64,000 bases of DNA from Microbotryum violaceum. Lineage: Eukaryota. The DNA lies in the NCBI GenBank assembly GCA_001244265.2, contig CDLV01000009.1, positions 1,240,001 through 1,304,000 on the forward strand. The letters run 5' to 3'. The translations under genes and the position numbers were made by a program. Below are positions 23,348-35,708 of the stretch, one piece after another (the stretch's first letter is position 1; every line of letters starts with the position of its first letter). The notes below the pieces were generated by a model that was given only the letters and a program-made list of their open reading frames with translations, did not search any database and was not told the origin of the DNA.

Positions 23348-25535
23348 CTAAGCCCGCAAAAAGCCCTTCTTCTTCGTCTGTGGGCCGAAAGGAAGGGCAC
23401 GTCAGTACATAAATTTCCCCAACTACCGCAGCCTGTACTACGAGCCTACCTTCTCGGGCGTGAGCGGTCGTCCACTTTCGAGTCGTCGCTTCTTCTCCTC
23501 CAACTCGAGGCGTTGCTTCTCGAGCGCCTCCTTCATCTCGCGGTGGCGCGCGTACAGCTCCTCCTCGGATTGCTTCAGCTTGGCCTCCTTCTCGTTCACT
23601 TTTTGCTGGAACACCATCTTCATCTCGGCCTCCATCTTGGCCAGCTTGGACTCGTGCAGCGCGCGTTCCTCGGCCATTTTCGCCGCGGGGCTGTGAGAGA
23701 AACACCAACCAATGATCAGATCCATTGTTCCACACAACGAGAGATTCTGATGTGTGCACCAACTCACTTGACTTCCTTGAAGACGGTCGAGTCTTGCGTA
23801 ACGCCCATCCCGAGCAACTTGTCGGACCGGTACTTTTCGTACAAGTGCGTGTTGGTGTGCTCTTTGAGTTCTTCCATGTGGGTGCGGATGAGCATCTGGC
23901 GCAGCTTGACAAAGTCGCAGTGGTCCTCGTTGTCGACCTCGATTGTCCCCCAGGGGTAGGCTCGTCCGCGCACGCTGCGGCCATCTTGAGTCGCGACGAC
24001 CACATCGGACCCGACAACGGCGAAGGGGATCTTGCGCACGATCTCCTCGTTCTCGGCGATGGTCTCTTCGTCCTCGCCGTCGTACTGCGGTGCTTGGTAA
24101 ATTTCAATGCGGTGGTGCGCAATGTCGGACAGGATGCGCGCCTTGAACTGCATCACCTCGTCGTCGGTCATGGTGTCGGCCTTGGCGATGATGGGGATGA
24201 GGTTGACCTTGGTGTGCAGTCTTCGCATGAACTCGACGTCGACCCCCTTGAGCGAATGCCCGGTCGACTCGATAAAGTAGAGGCACGCGTGGATACGGTT
24301 GTCGACGAGCTTGTTGCGGTTGACGCGGTTCTCCTGTTCGAGGTAGGCGTCGAAGCGAGCCTCGATGTTGTCGAGGATGGGTTTCCACCTTGGGGGTCGG
24401 ACATGGGATCGTCAGCTTTAACGCGATCACGCGCTCGGATCCCATCGGCTGGCTTGAGGACTAACCCGTCCTCGTTGTTGATAAAGTCACCGTAGCCGGG
24501 GGTATCGACGACCGTCAGCCTCAATCGAACGCCATTTTCCTCAATGTCTGCAGTCAGAGCAGTGTTTGATCAGCTTGGTGTCCTGCCCTGATCAGAAGGC
24601 AATCTCGTACCGGCGGTGATGCTCTCGATGGCCACGGTCTTTGGTCGTTCGTGGTGGGGTGCGGGCACGGATTTTTTGGCGTAGAGCGAGGTACCGAACA
24701 AGGTGTTGATCAGGGTCGACTTGCCCAAGCCGGATTCACCTGAAGAGGGGGGACAAGGTGGAGAAGGGGTCAGTGCTCAAAATGAATTGTTTGCTGGGTT
24801 TTCGGCCCGAGAACTAGGCGCGCTTTCGAGGACGGGGCCGAAGGGGTGCGCACTCACCAACTACCATGGTCGTAAAGTGGAAGCCTGCACGGGGTCGGTT
24901 TCGGAGATTGAAGCGATGGGATGCGATGGGATGGGGGGTTCGGGTCCGAGGTGTCAGTCGGGAACAAAGGGGCCAGACCACTAGCGACGGGGAGGGGTAC
25001 ACTACCTTTTCGTACGGATTTGCGGTGTACCTGATTCGGCAAGTTGGCGACTGCGAGCGGTGTAAGGTATCCATGGCAACGGATTGTGTGAGAGTGAAGA
25101 GATTAGAGATCAGGAAAGGTCCCAGCGCGAGTCGCGTCGTGTCAGCTCAGCTGCGGGGGGGGGGGGGGGTGGGGGGCGACTGAGGGTGACGAGGGGGCGA
25201 TGGGGGGGGCGGGGGGGGGGGGGCAAGGGACGACGGGGTGACATTGCCTAAGAGTAGTAGTGGCTCCTGGGACTGACATCCGACGTATCCTGCGAGCTTC
25301 TTCTTGACGACATTGGTGGCCGCTGTGGCAGCTGTGTGGTGGTGGTCGTCGTAGCGGCGGTGATTGAGGGTGACGCAAGGGGAGTCGGGTCGTGTGCACG
25401 TGTAAAGCCGAGACGGCGGTGGCCGAGTTGAGGTGTGGTGCAAAAGATGAGCAGAGTGAGTATCCTCAGCCTGGTGTGCCTGTACAAGACTCGCGATCAC
25501 TGTGCGGACTGACCTTGGTGGTACTCGTCAGACAT
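23348..25535 (-). CDS. CDC3: Septin, Cdc3/SEPT7 group
   Basis: [26 protein letters not shown]-loop [39 protein letters not shown], and a C-terminal coiled coil [18 protein letters not shown]. Confidence 0.93.
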
Positions 25536-26018
25536 CTGGCCCGGGCTCAGAGGCAAGAGGAGCGCGTAGTCGAGCAGTGGTCACACCGGGAGGTCGCGCA
25601 GAGACAGGCGGGTGAGCGGGAGGGGGAGGGGGAGAGGCGTAGTCCTTTCTAGAAGAGTGGGAGGTCCGGCTGTAGGGAGGTCGGACGAGTGGTGCGCACG
25701 GCGAGGGTGGGTGAGGAGGTGGGTCCTGGTGCAGCGTGCCCACTGCAACTGAGTGAGGCCCACCAAGGCAGACACTAGGCACTTATAACTAGGCAGACCA
25801 AGGCACTTGGGTGGCACACATCACGCGCATCAACGCGCGGTCAAAGCGCGCGCGCGGTAACTGTAATAATTGCCTCATTACAACCCCCCCCCCGCTTGGC
25901 AGGGATATAAGCCGGGATAGAGGCCCGGGTCTGGTGCCAATTGTCGAGTAGTCCCCCTCCGCCTCTCTCTGTCGCACAAAAACCCCACTGCTGCTCACCA
26001 AGGTGTGATCCTGCTACG

Positions 26019-27294
26019 ATGCGGTGAGTAGCCAGAAGAAACATCACAGTATACCTATTCCCCCCACACACTGACAAAGCTAGATCAACCCCTCCATCCC
26101 ACGCCTCGCATTCGCCAACGTGCCGCCGGGTAATCCGGTCGCACGCTGCTGCTCAGTCTCGATGCGGAGCTGATACAACGGACACCGACCTATCTGAACC
26201 CGCTCAAGGACCGGGAACTCGACTTGCGAGGTCAGTTCAGTACTGAACCCAGTCGAGTTCCATCTCCTGGACGAGCTGCACGCTGATTGATCCGTTCGCT
26301 CTCCCTCCCACACTCGTTTGCCCATCCTCCCCCTCACACAACAACGCCCCGCAACAGGTCACAACATTGCCGCGATCGAGAACCTTGGTGTGACCAAAGA
26401 CGGCATCGACTCGCTCGACCTCACCGACAACTCGATCACGTCCCTGTCCAACTTTCCCCTGCTCCGTCGTCTCCAACACGTCCACATCTCCAACAATCCG
26501 ATCCGCACCCTCTCCCCCTCCATCACCACCTCCCTGCCCAACCTCCGCTCACTCGTCATCAGGAACGGTGGCTTGCCGACCGAGGCCTTGGCCAGCGTCG
26601 GGAGCGTACTGGCGCGGTGTCGAAAGTTGGAGATGCTCGTACTCAAAGGGAACCCGCTCGAACAAGCGCAGTACTACAAGGAGTGGATCGTATTCTCGTG
26701 CAAGGGCTTGCGGTCCCTCGATTTCGAAAGAGTCAAGCAACAGGTCCGTTTCCGTTTCCGCATTCCATTCGCAAGCTTGCTTCCCCGCGCCGAATCCTAT
26801 TCAATAGCTCATCGTGATCATCTGTCGAGCACAGGATCGGACTCGAGCTTTATCCCTGTTCCAAACCGCTTCGGGTCAACCCACACCCCTGCAATCTACC
26901 TTCCTCGACGCCGCCGCATCCAACTCGGCCGCTTCGGCGCCTTCGCTCGTGCGCACCAACGGCACCACAACAGAAGGAGCGGCCAAGACGTTCGAACCCG
27001 GAGTCGAAGCCTTGGTCGTGACGAACACTAAGAACGCGGGCAGGTTGTTGACGAAGGAAGAGAAGGATCGAGTCAGGACGGCGATCGAGCGCGCCGAGAG
27101 CGTCGATGAGATCAGGAGGTTGCAGAGGATGTTGGCGCAAGGGTTTGTGTGAGTTGGGAACCCCGAGCCGGCGCCGGCCGCCGGGGAGCAATACGGGCGG
27201 TGATAGCGAACTGACTGCTGGGTCTTTGTTATGATGCAGACCTACGGAAAAGGACCTGAAGGACCTGCAACGAAAAAAGGCCGGAGCGGCATGA
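26019..27294 (+). CDS. LEA1: U2 snRNP protein A' (leucine-rich repeat)
   Basis: Spliced MR|LDAELIQRTPTYLNPLKDRELDLRG|HNIAAIENLG, LRRs, LRSLDFERVKQ and AESVDEIRRLQRMLAQG. Confidence 0.93.
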
Positions 27295-27602
27295 TCTTTC
27301 CGGTCGCTCTCGTTCAGCTTGGAGGAAGCGCACTGAGGCGAGGATTGCGGGAAGGGACCGAGCTGATGAAGGCAGTGGAGCAGAGAGGTTGGGGAAACGA
27401 CGAGTGTCGGTCGCTCGTCACCCTTGAAATCAAAAAGTGTATCATCTCGAAACTCTAGCCAGCGATTCGGGCGAGTCGTCAGAACATGTTCCGGCGCGAT
27501 GCACTCGCCGAATCACCCGACTCAAGATCCAAATGAATAGGATCATGGTCATTTCGTGAGGGACGTAACGAAATAACGAGCCTTACGACAAAATCAATCG
27601 TT

Positions 27603-27692
27603 AGAAGAAGAAGAAGAAGAAGAAGAATAAGAAGAAGAAGAAGAAGAAGAAGAAAGAAGAAGAAGAAGAAGAAGAAGAAGAAGAAGAAGAAG
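27603..27692 (+). repeat. (GAA)n microsatellite, about 90 bp, two interruptions
   Basis: Directly visible between the convergent U2A' and expansin-like genes. Confidence 0.95.
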
Positions 27693-27922
27693 AGAGCGAA
27701 GAAGCGACCCATCAAGGGCAACTGAACTGCATATGAAGAATCAAATGAGGGTAGGGACAAGACGCAAATGAAAAGAGTGGAAGGGCTACAAGGCGGTGAG
27801 AGAGGGTCGTTAGGAACTCATTGATATGGAACAGGGGTCGTTGTGAGAGGGTAACTAAGGAAAGAAGGGGAGAGAAAGCGCACAGCGCCTTCCCGAAGGA
27901 ATTCCTAGTCGATTGACTGGAA

Positions 27923-29117
27923 TTAATCGAGGTACTTCCATTTGATGCTGAGCGGACAAGATGACAAGAGAGGTGAGTGCGGTTGTCATCAAAGCCCGAC
28001 TGTGGAGGTAGAGGTCGATGACTTACTCGATGACACCCGTAGCTTGTTCGGCGATTTGGTCAAACGCGCCGGTGCTCAAGTCGAGACTGTTGTAGTTGGC
28101 GCAACCGGGGCACGCCTGTGATAGCAATCGAAGGAACATCAGTCATCGCCTTGAATGTTCAAATCTCGTCCACTTCAAACTCACATCCGCAACCGTAGCA
28201 ACCACACTCTTGCCATTCGCCACATTAACGACCTGCACCTTTCTCCCACAATCCGGTGCATCATTCGAGCCCGTCCCATACCTCGCCAACGCCAAAGCGA
28301 CGATAGGCTCCGAATCGGCATGTATCTTGCCGCATGCACCGTAGGCACCGTATTGGTAGAAGAAGGTGCCTTTGCCGCCTGTGGTGTAGGTGCTTGTGAT
28401 GGCGTTGAGGTTGACACTGCTTGCTCCAGTTTTAGAGGCGGCGGCGGCGGTCGTGGGTTTGGAAGCGGCGGTCGTAGTGATTTCTTGATCGTCATCAGAA
28501 TCATCTTCCGAGTCGCAAGCATCGTCATCGTCATCATCGGACGACGATCCGGGCGTCGGGGCAGCTGGAGCAGGAGTCGTCGGCTGCTTGACCGCCAGAT
28601 GGACAGGGGCGATCGTCGGCGTCGGCTCGGGCGAGGTCCTAGCCTTTGCAGCAGAGGAAGTCGCAGCGGCCGTGGCATCGTCCCATGTGATGGCGTTTTC
28701 AACACATTTCGTACCAGCTGAACGAAGATCAAACTCAGATCAGTAAGCTGACCCTGAAAATAGAAGGCTCAACTACGAATTGTACTGACCCGCAACCGAC
28801 CCCATATCCGTACACGAATCCCCATCGCAAAGTGCGAACGAGTAAGCCGTCAAGCATTTCAACGTCGCTTCGGTAGCGCGATTCAACCTCTTGGGACCAC
28901 TCTTTGGAGCTCGATTACGGCGATTCATCTTGTGCAAAGAACGAGGGCGGGTTCGAGAGGCCGAGCCTGAAGTGGATCCGTAAGTTCCGAGATCGCGGTT
29001 GATGATGCGGGGGTCGATGAAGTCGGAGGAGGGGGAGGGGTGGGCGGAGAGGAGGGGGGGTTGGAGGAGGAGGGAGAGAGTGAGAGTGAAGGCCGCGAGG
29101 GACTGGAGGGAAGGCAT
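27923..29117 (-). CDS. Secreted expansin/loosenin-like RlpA double-psi beta-barrel protein with an N-terminal Cys module
   Basis: Signal peptide; C-x-SFALCDGDSCTDMGSVA|AGTKC module; Thr/Ala/Asp linker; GKGTFFYQYGAYGACG...CGRKV...ATVAD|ACPGC...LDLSTGAF...IKWKYLD*. Confidence 0.85.
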
Positions 29118-29848
29118 AGTAGAGCCGCTCGAAAAGGTTGGAAGGAGGATGGTGGGGCGTGCGAAAGTTTGAGCGCGGCTCGACTTGGGCTTGATGACTG
29201 GGATGGGGTGGACACAAAAGCGGAAGAGCACGGCTGTACAATTCCAAACAACACAGAAAAGAATCGATCAGTACCCTGTCCCGAATATCGCGTCTGGACA
29301 CGATGTGGGATCGATACGGATCCCGGATCAGGACTTCGCGCGTCGCGACGGGACCTCCTGTGATGCACACACGCGCGGGAGCACGATCTTGCATTGGGCT
29401 TGGCGTTGCGCAGTCGAGACCGAGAGAACTTGCGCACTGACCTCTTTGCTGAAGAACTTAGGGTGCAAAGAATAGGAAGGAGGGGAGAGTGACCAACGAA
29501 ACCGGTTCGTGCGAATGGACGCGAGGATGGAAAAGAGGGAAGAGATGAGAGAGAGAGCTGAGGACCGGTCCAGGAAAGTGCTCGCAATTACTCCGACGAC
29601 GCGTGGATCGTGAACGCGTAGAGGCGCGTGCGCGGCACTGCGCGCGTTGGACGTGACCGCGTAACCCGCGCCTGCGGAGCTCTTGGAATCGGAGCCCCAG
29701 CCTCCAAGGCTTGGTGGCCTAGGGAAACCTTGGCTCTTCGGACATTCTCTAGTGTAGGTATTGCGCACTCTCGACACACGAAACTTGCAGTTGCCAAAAT
29801 AACGGCAATATACAGCTGAGCAATTTGTGAATCGCACTTTCAATATTT

Positions 29849-31281
29849 TCATACGGTCATCCCTAACAGTCCAGCTCCGACGAGTAACAAAGTTGGCGCG
29901 AAGAACATCCCAACCCCATCAATTATGGTGCGCACACCACTCGAGGCAGCGCTTGTTGTAGTAGCTGCAAGAGAGGACGCAGCCCTACTACTCTCCGTCA
30001 TTGATCTCGACGTCGAGCTCGCGCCCGTTGATGTTCCCGCGGGCGTCGAAGTCAAGGTCGCCGTAGGACTCAATCCCGACGTCGCACTCATGGTCGTATT
30101 CGAGCTTGCGACATTCGCCAGAGACCACCTTATCCCTTCGAGAATATGGCTCTGGAAATCTTGCCTTTCCCACGTCGAGCTCTCATGCCCCAAGCTGGTC
30201 ATCCACATCCTCCCCATCATCGTCTTGACGTTGTTCGAAGCCGTACCATTTTCCAGATCCACAGGGGTGTCTCGATACCATACGATCGGGTGGGGTGTAC
30301 CTTGGTAGTTGGGTCGCGTACCGGCTTTGGGGTCTGAGTAGGTCGAGTTGTCGACAGTAAGGAGGACGGTTGCGTTGACGGAGCGCGGGTCGGTCGTGAA
30401 AGAATAGACTTCTTCGTATAGCTGTGGATATCCGCGCCACGTTAGCTTTGCTCCATCACCTTATAGTATTGACGCAAATCAACCTACGTTGAGTCGATTG
30501 GGAAGCATGTTGATTGTTGGGTGCGAGACGAGTTTTGTGAAGGTCTGGCGACAGGAGCAGAAGTCTCCTCAGAAGTCAGCTTTGTATCGTTCTGGGGGAG
30601 CAGTTAGAGAAAGCTCACAGCGTTACTAATGTCGGGATGATAGTCGAACCTGAACCAGGAAGTTGGATGAATGCCATGTCAGCATCCCCAAGCCATCTGA
30701 TGCTACCGCAGCATCTCCAAAGAGCATGCTCGTTTGTCGACTGACCAACTACCGATGGCCACTCCAAACTCGGGCATCCTGAAAAGGCATGCCGTCCCCG
30801 CATGAAAGGCCAACAAGTTCCCCCCACCTTGCAACCATTGCACAAACGCGACTTTGCCACTATCCGTCAAAACCTCGGGATCGCCGGTTCCTAGTCCTTC
30901 GGAATTACTGAGGAAGGCGATGGCCGAAAAAGGGGCTAGTCCGGCTTGGGTAAACAGGTTTTGGTCTTTGGAGAAGGTGGGGGTGAAGAGGGTTGGGTTC
31001 GAGGTGGAGAGGTTGGTGATGACGGAGATGGCCGTCGGGATACTAGTGTTGACGAGAGGTCCAGTAGGTCGGAAAAATTAGTGCCGCGAACATCAGGAGT
31101 TAATCAGCCATATATTCAAGAGCAGAGCCTTGACTCGTCAAGCATGAACGTACGACTCGTGGTAATAATCGAGTGTCAGATAGAAGACGAGAAGTCGAGG
31201 AGTTGCGGCCGCGACAGACAGACTGGCACCTCCGAGGAGCACGAGTCCGATCGCGACGAGCTTCACGAGGCGAGATGTCAT
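29849..31281 (-). CDS. Secreted, probably GPI-anchored ThuA-like (class I glutamine amidotransferase-like fold) protein
   Basis: Signal peptide; YYHES|IPTA, GGNLLAFHAG, FDYHP, EEVYSFTTDPR, PHPIVW and GRMWMTSLGH; Ser/Thr stalk and a hydrophobic C-terminal tail. Confidence 0.82.
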
Positions 31282-31822
31282 CTGGGCAACGCGATCTGAG
31301 ACAGCATCAGCTTGCGGTCCTACGAGACGGTGCACGGTCGGATATAGCATACCGTGTGACTCCCGGCACCGCGTTCGCTATCCGGCTGCTGCGCCTGAGA
31401 GCTGTCGTCACTATGGACCCGATGGAGACTCGGCCTCCGTGACTTGGGGGTTTCGAGAGTGCTGCGGGTCTACTGAGACGCGTGGTAATCAACGTGACGA
31501 GTAGTAGACACTGGAAGAACAAACCAGAGTTTTCCCATGTGGCAGTCCTACTTGACGTCTAGCGGTGTGTGGAAGTGGAGGTGCAGGAGGAGAGCAGCAA
31601 GATGCGAGTTAAAATGTTGATTGAGCTCAGTGATTCCGGTTTCTTATTCAAAGCGCGAGATTGCTAAATCGGAAATCAGCGCTCGACTCGGCGCGACGGC
31701 GAACTCGATCTGAGTTGGGGTTCCCTTCTCCCTTGCACCACCGCCGCAGCGACCAATCACTGCGTACCCTTCTCATCGCGACTCATGACTCGCAACAGTA
31801 TCCACAGGACCATCCGGCTCCG

Positions 31823-32712
31823 ATGAGCACCTCTAGGACCTACCCTTACACGGAGGAAGCGTACGCGACCCTCCCCCGGTCCAGCCCTTCTACCGACAGC
31901 AGCCCCACATCATCACAGCCGTCTTCACTTCTAAGCTACGCACTCATACATCCCACCTCGGATCCACCCACCCGTTTAGCTCTCCTCGCTCATCCATGGG
32001 GTCGATTGGGAGGGAGCAAGGATGATCACGTCGTCGTTGGGGTGATGAACGCTCTGGTCAAGGAAGGGTATGCGGTCTGTCGGTATGATGCGAGAGGCGT
32101 CGGAGGCAGTGTGGGCGTGAGCGCTACTTGGACGTGAGTGCATCCGGTCAACGGAAATCACTATGGGATCCAAACAACGTATCTACGGGCTGACAACCCC
32201 CCTCTTTCCCTCCCTCCAACAGCGGACTAGCCGAAATCGCTGATTTTTCGCACCTCGTCCAGACCGTTCTCCTACCCCTCCTACCCCCCTATCACCCCTC
32301 CTCCATCCCTGTCGACCTCCTCCTCATCGGCTATTCTTACGGATCGCTAGCAGCTTCCTCCGCACCCCCGCTTACAGAGATCCCGCAAGGTCTCACCCTC
32401 CGTACCCGCGCGATCCTCATTTCGTACCCTTGTTCGGTCCTCTCCTTTCTTACGTTCTTCAAATCCTCTCAATACACCCAAACCTTGTTCGAATCGATCC
32501 GAAAACATAAAAGACCTACCTTGGTCATCTGGGGTACGAGGGATCAATTCACGGCTGTGAGCAAGTACGAAGCCTGGTTCAAGCGCATCGAGGAGGCGGA
32601 TTTGGATCGGCTTACGGAAGGGGTTCAGGTGGAGGGGGCGGATCATTTTTGGAGGCAACAGGAGGATAAGCAGAGACTGATCCAGTCTATTGTAGAGTGG
32701 GTGAGGCGGTGA
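31823..32712 (+). CDS. Alpha/beta hydrolase
   Basis: AHPWGRLGGS, RYDARGVGGS, nucleophile elbow GYSYG, WGTRDQFT and GADHFW; one intron at about 32134-32222. Confidence 0.88.
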
Positions 32713-33028
32713 AGAGCTAGTACACCCAAGCGAGCTTCTGGGGCACGTGTGGGGTGAGGTCATCGAGCGAGCAACTCTCTCATGATTAGACTTCTGAGGG
32801 CACGTCGCGTGTCTCGGGAACGGTGGTTGTATTCGTACTACATACACACTCGGATTCGAATGAAAAATTCATCCTCATACCCAATGTCGTTGTCACACCG
32901 AGTTTGACCTTAAAATAGCCTGCCACCACTCGCGCCAACATTCAAAGATTCCTTCGCGTCCCTGCTTCTCCTGAGACAACATTCTCCTTCTTGACCCTTT
33001 CCTTTTCCCATTGATCACGCGTGTGAAG

Positions 33029-34459
33029 TTATTCAAGCCGAAGCACTCTGCTTGAGCTTGGCCTGGAACGCCGCCTTGGCTTCTTGATACGCCGCCAGCG
33101 CCTCCTTTTGCTCAACCTCCAGAGCCTATGAACGAGATCACAACGCCGGGGTCAGTACCAAACCTCCCGAAGCCCGCCCCATTCGCCTGAATTGTAAAAA
33201 TCAACCTACGGCCTTCTCTTCACTCGACAAGCTCTTCCATGCGGTGGCGAGCAACCTGCTCTGCTCGAGGATGTTGGTCTCGCCCTTCAACACCTCACCA
33301 GCGACGCCTTGCTCGTTTCGGATCTTGCTCGTCCACCTGCAAAAAAGGACAAGCGACGCATTAAAAACAAATCCGAGCCCTTCGTACGCGAGCTTCTATG
33401 ACTGACAAGATGTAGGCCGAAGGGGGTCGCTTGGGTTGCCCCTCGAGCTTCATCGGGCCCTTGCGCGACTTGCCCATCTTCTTGCGCCGCGCCCGGATCG
33501 CATTCTCCTCACGTATCATCTCGGGCGTCAAAGACGCGGTCCATTCGGCCAGGACTTGGGCGAAAGCGGCCTTTTGTTCCTCGGCGGTGCGCAAGAGTTC
33601 GGCCTTGTCGGAAGGGGACAGAGCGCGGTAGGCCGGGGCGGCATCGCGCGCGATCTCGGCGACCGTGGGGAACTTGCCGTCGGCGGGGTTGTGGGCCGCT
33701 TTACGTTTCTGCTCGCGTTATGGGAGTTGGGAGTTCAGGATACGTCAGTGCGAGAACGGTAATGGTGTTACGAGTCGGGTGCTAGGAGGCGGGCGCGCCA
33801 CTGTCGAGACACTCGCGATAGATGACTCACGGCGGTGTACTGGGTCAAGAAGATGGACCAGGTGTTCATGGGTTGCTTGGGCGGGTTCAAGCGACTGGTC
33901 ATTCTCGGCTTAGCTGTGGGGCGCAGAAACACGGGCTGATCAGTACAAGTTTCTGCCCCAACGGGCTCCGAAGCCTGGACCACGTACGCGTCACCTTTGC
34001 CTTTGCCTTGAGCTGCTCCTTCTTCTTCTTCTCCGCGGCCTGCAACTTGGCCTGCTCCTTCTTCATTTTCTCGATGGTCTTCTGCTTCTCCCTGTGCGCC
34101 TTCTCCTTCTCCTTGAGTTTCAACTTTTGCGCCTTGAGCTTGTCCTTGTCCGCTTGGCTCGTCGAGGCCTTTCGGGGCTTTTTGACGACGACGTCCGATG
34201 GTTGCTCCGTGGCTGATGCTGCGGGTGCTGCTGCTGCTGCTGGTGCCTGGGCTGCTGCGTCGACTTTGTCCGCGATGACTCTCGACGAGGAGAAAGGGCG
34301 CGCGAGGCGGAGACAGGGGAAGCGCGTCGAGGCGGTCGAACTGGCAGTCAACAATGACGACGACACGCTCGAACGAACGAGGCGGGCATGCGCGATCGTG
34401 ACAGAGACGGCGGGTCGAGCAAGCGACCTCAGGAGAGGTGTGTTGACGATCACTCGCAT
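33029..34459 (-). CDS. Mitochondrial tandem HMG-box protein (Abf2/TFAM-like)
   Basis: Arg/Ser-rich presequence, Lys-rich coil, and two HMG boxes starting PPKQPMNTWSIF and QPKRPPSAYIL. Confidence 0.8.
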
Positions 34460-34562
34460 CTTGGTACGTCGATGTGGGCTGAGTAGGGACGGAGAGCGGT
34501 CGGTGAGTGGGGGGAAGAAGGGAAGAGGGCAGGAGGGCAGGAGGAGGGGGCGGACAACAGAC

Positions 34563-34829
34563 TAGGACCTCTGAAAGCCTAGCCTGAGGCGCGTAGGTAA
34601 AATCCGCCAAAATCCCGGAATTTGGACCTCATTTGTCCACCCTTTTTTGGTGTATTCGCCCAAAAATGTCCTTAAAATGTCCAGTCCATCTACAGCCGTC
34701 CAACGATAGCTCTAGAGTTGCTTCAGATGCTCTACAACCTCTCCAAAAATTGCGATTTTGGCTTTTCTAGGGCCAAAAATTTGTCCACTCTTTACCTACG
34801 CGCCTCTGGCTGAGCTTTCGGGGGTCCTA
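34563..34829. mobile_element. MITE (non-autonomous TIR element), 267 bp
   Basis: Imperfect 39-bp TIRs (left TAGGACCTCTGAAAGCCTAGCCTGAGGCGCGTAGGTAAA; right, reverse-complemented, TAGGACCCCCGAAAGCTCAGCCAGAGGCGCGTAGGTAAA). Flanking direct repeat CAGAC at 34558-34562 and 34830-34834. AT-rich interior. Confidence 0.85.
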
Positions 34830-35708
34830 CAGACTCGACTCCCGCACTACTCCCGCCCAGTGAGCGAGAGTGGGCGAGGGTGTCTCCCTGCCGTTTTGCC
34901 TGATCGGGATGTGGCGAGGGCGTGAGTGTGAGCGCGCGCGCGCGAGGCCGTGAGGGCAGCGGCGCCGGCGTATATAGGCGTATACCTAACAGCTCCACAT
35001 TACAAATCACAGCCGCCGTAAATCTAATGCTGCATTCCTTCCGTGGGCAGGACGTGCCCCTTTCCTCCCCTCGCCTTCGTTTCGCCAGCCATTACATCGT
35101 CGAGGTGTGTGGGCATTCATCGGCGTGGGTGAACAGAAGGTCAGTCGTTTTTTTTTCTCGCTCTTGCGACTTCGAGTCGTCTTGTACATTATATACGACA
35201 CAACATGCACCGCCGCCCCTGACTCCGCCGACCACGTGACGACTAGCGACGTAGCGACCTTCTGCAACCTCCTCCGCTCTGAGCTCGGGAAGGGACATGG
35301 ACTTGCGGCGCATGCGATACGTGCGAGTCCAGACGTGGCTCCAGCTACTGGCTTGGGCCCCACGTATGCGCTGCTGCTATCGTTTTGGTTTCGGGTGACA
35401 GACAGCGACGGAGGCGGCGGCGACGTTGAACGTGCACGGTGACGCGACTCGTCGCGACTGCAGTCATCGCACCGCCGGCATGCTCTCCTGGGCAACTCTC
35501 CACTTCATAGAATGCATGTTCTGTTCCTTGGAGACTCACAGGGAAGAACACGGGAGGAATCATCTTTTCGATCACTCACACATCTCACACCTCTGTCCTC
35601 TGGTCAATTTTTACTGACGCCTTGCCTCATTCGCCAACACCAGCCTAGGCCTTCTTCCCGTCGGTCTCAGAATCTCAGCGGCCCCGGTTTCTAACTTCTC
35701 CATCAAAC

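Noticed and set aside
23725..24495. 256-aa plus-strand ORF (similarly 40539..41438 and 33822..34565)
   Set aside because: Antisense to the septin, DHR1 and HMG genes; expected from GC-rich codon bias.
27479..27760. ORF with a poly-Phe/Leu apparent TM segment
   Set aside because: Translation of the (GAA)n microsatellite.
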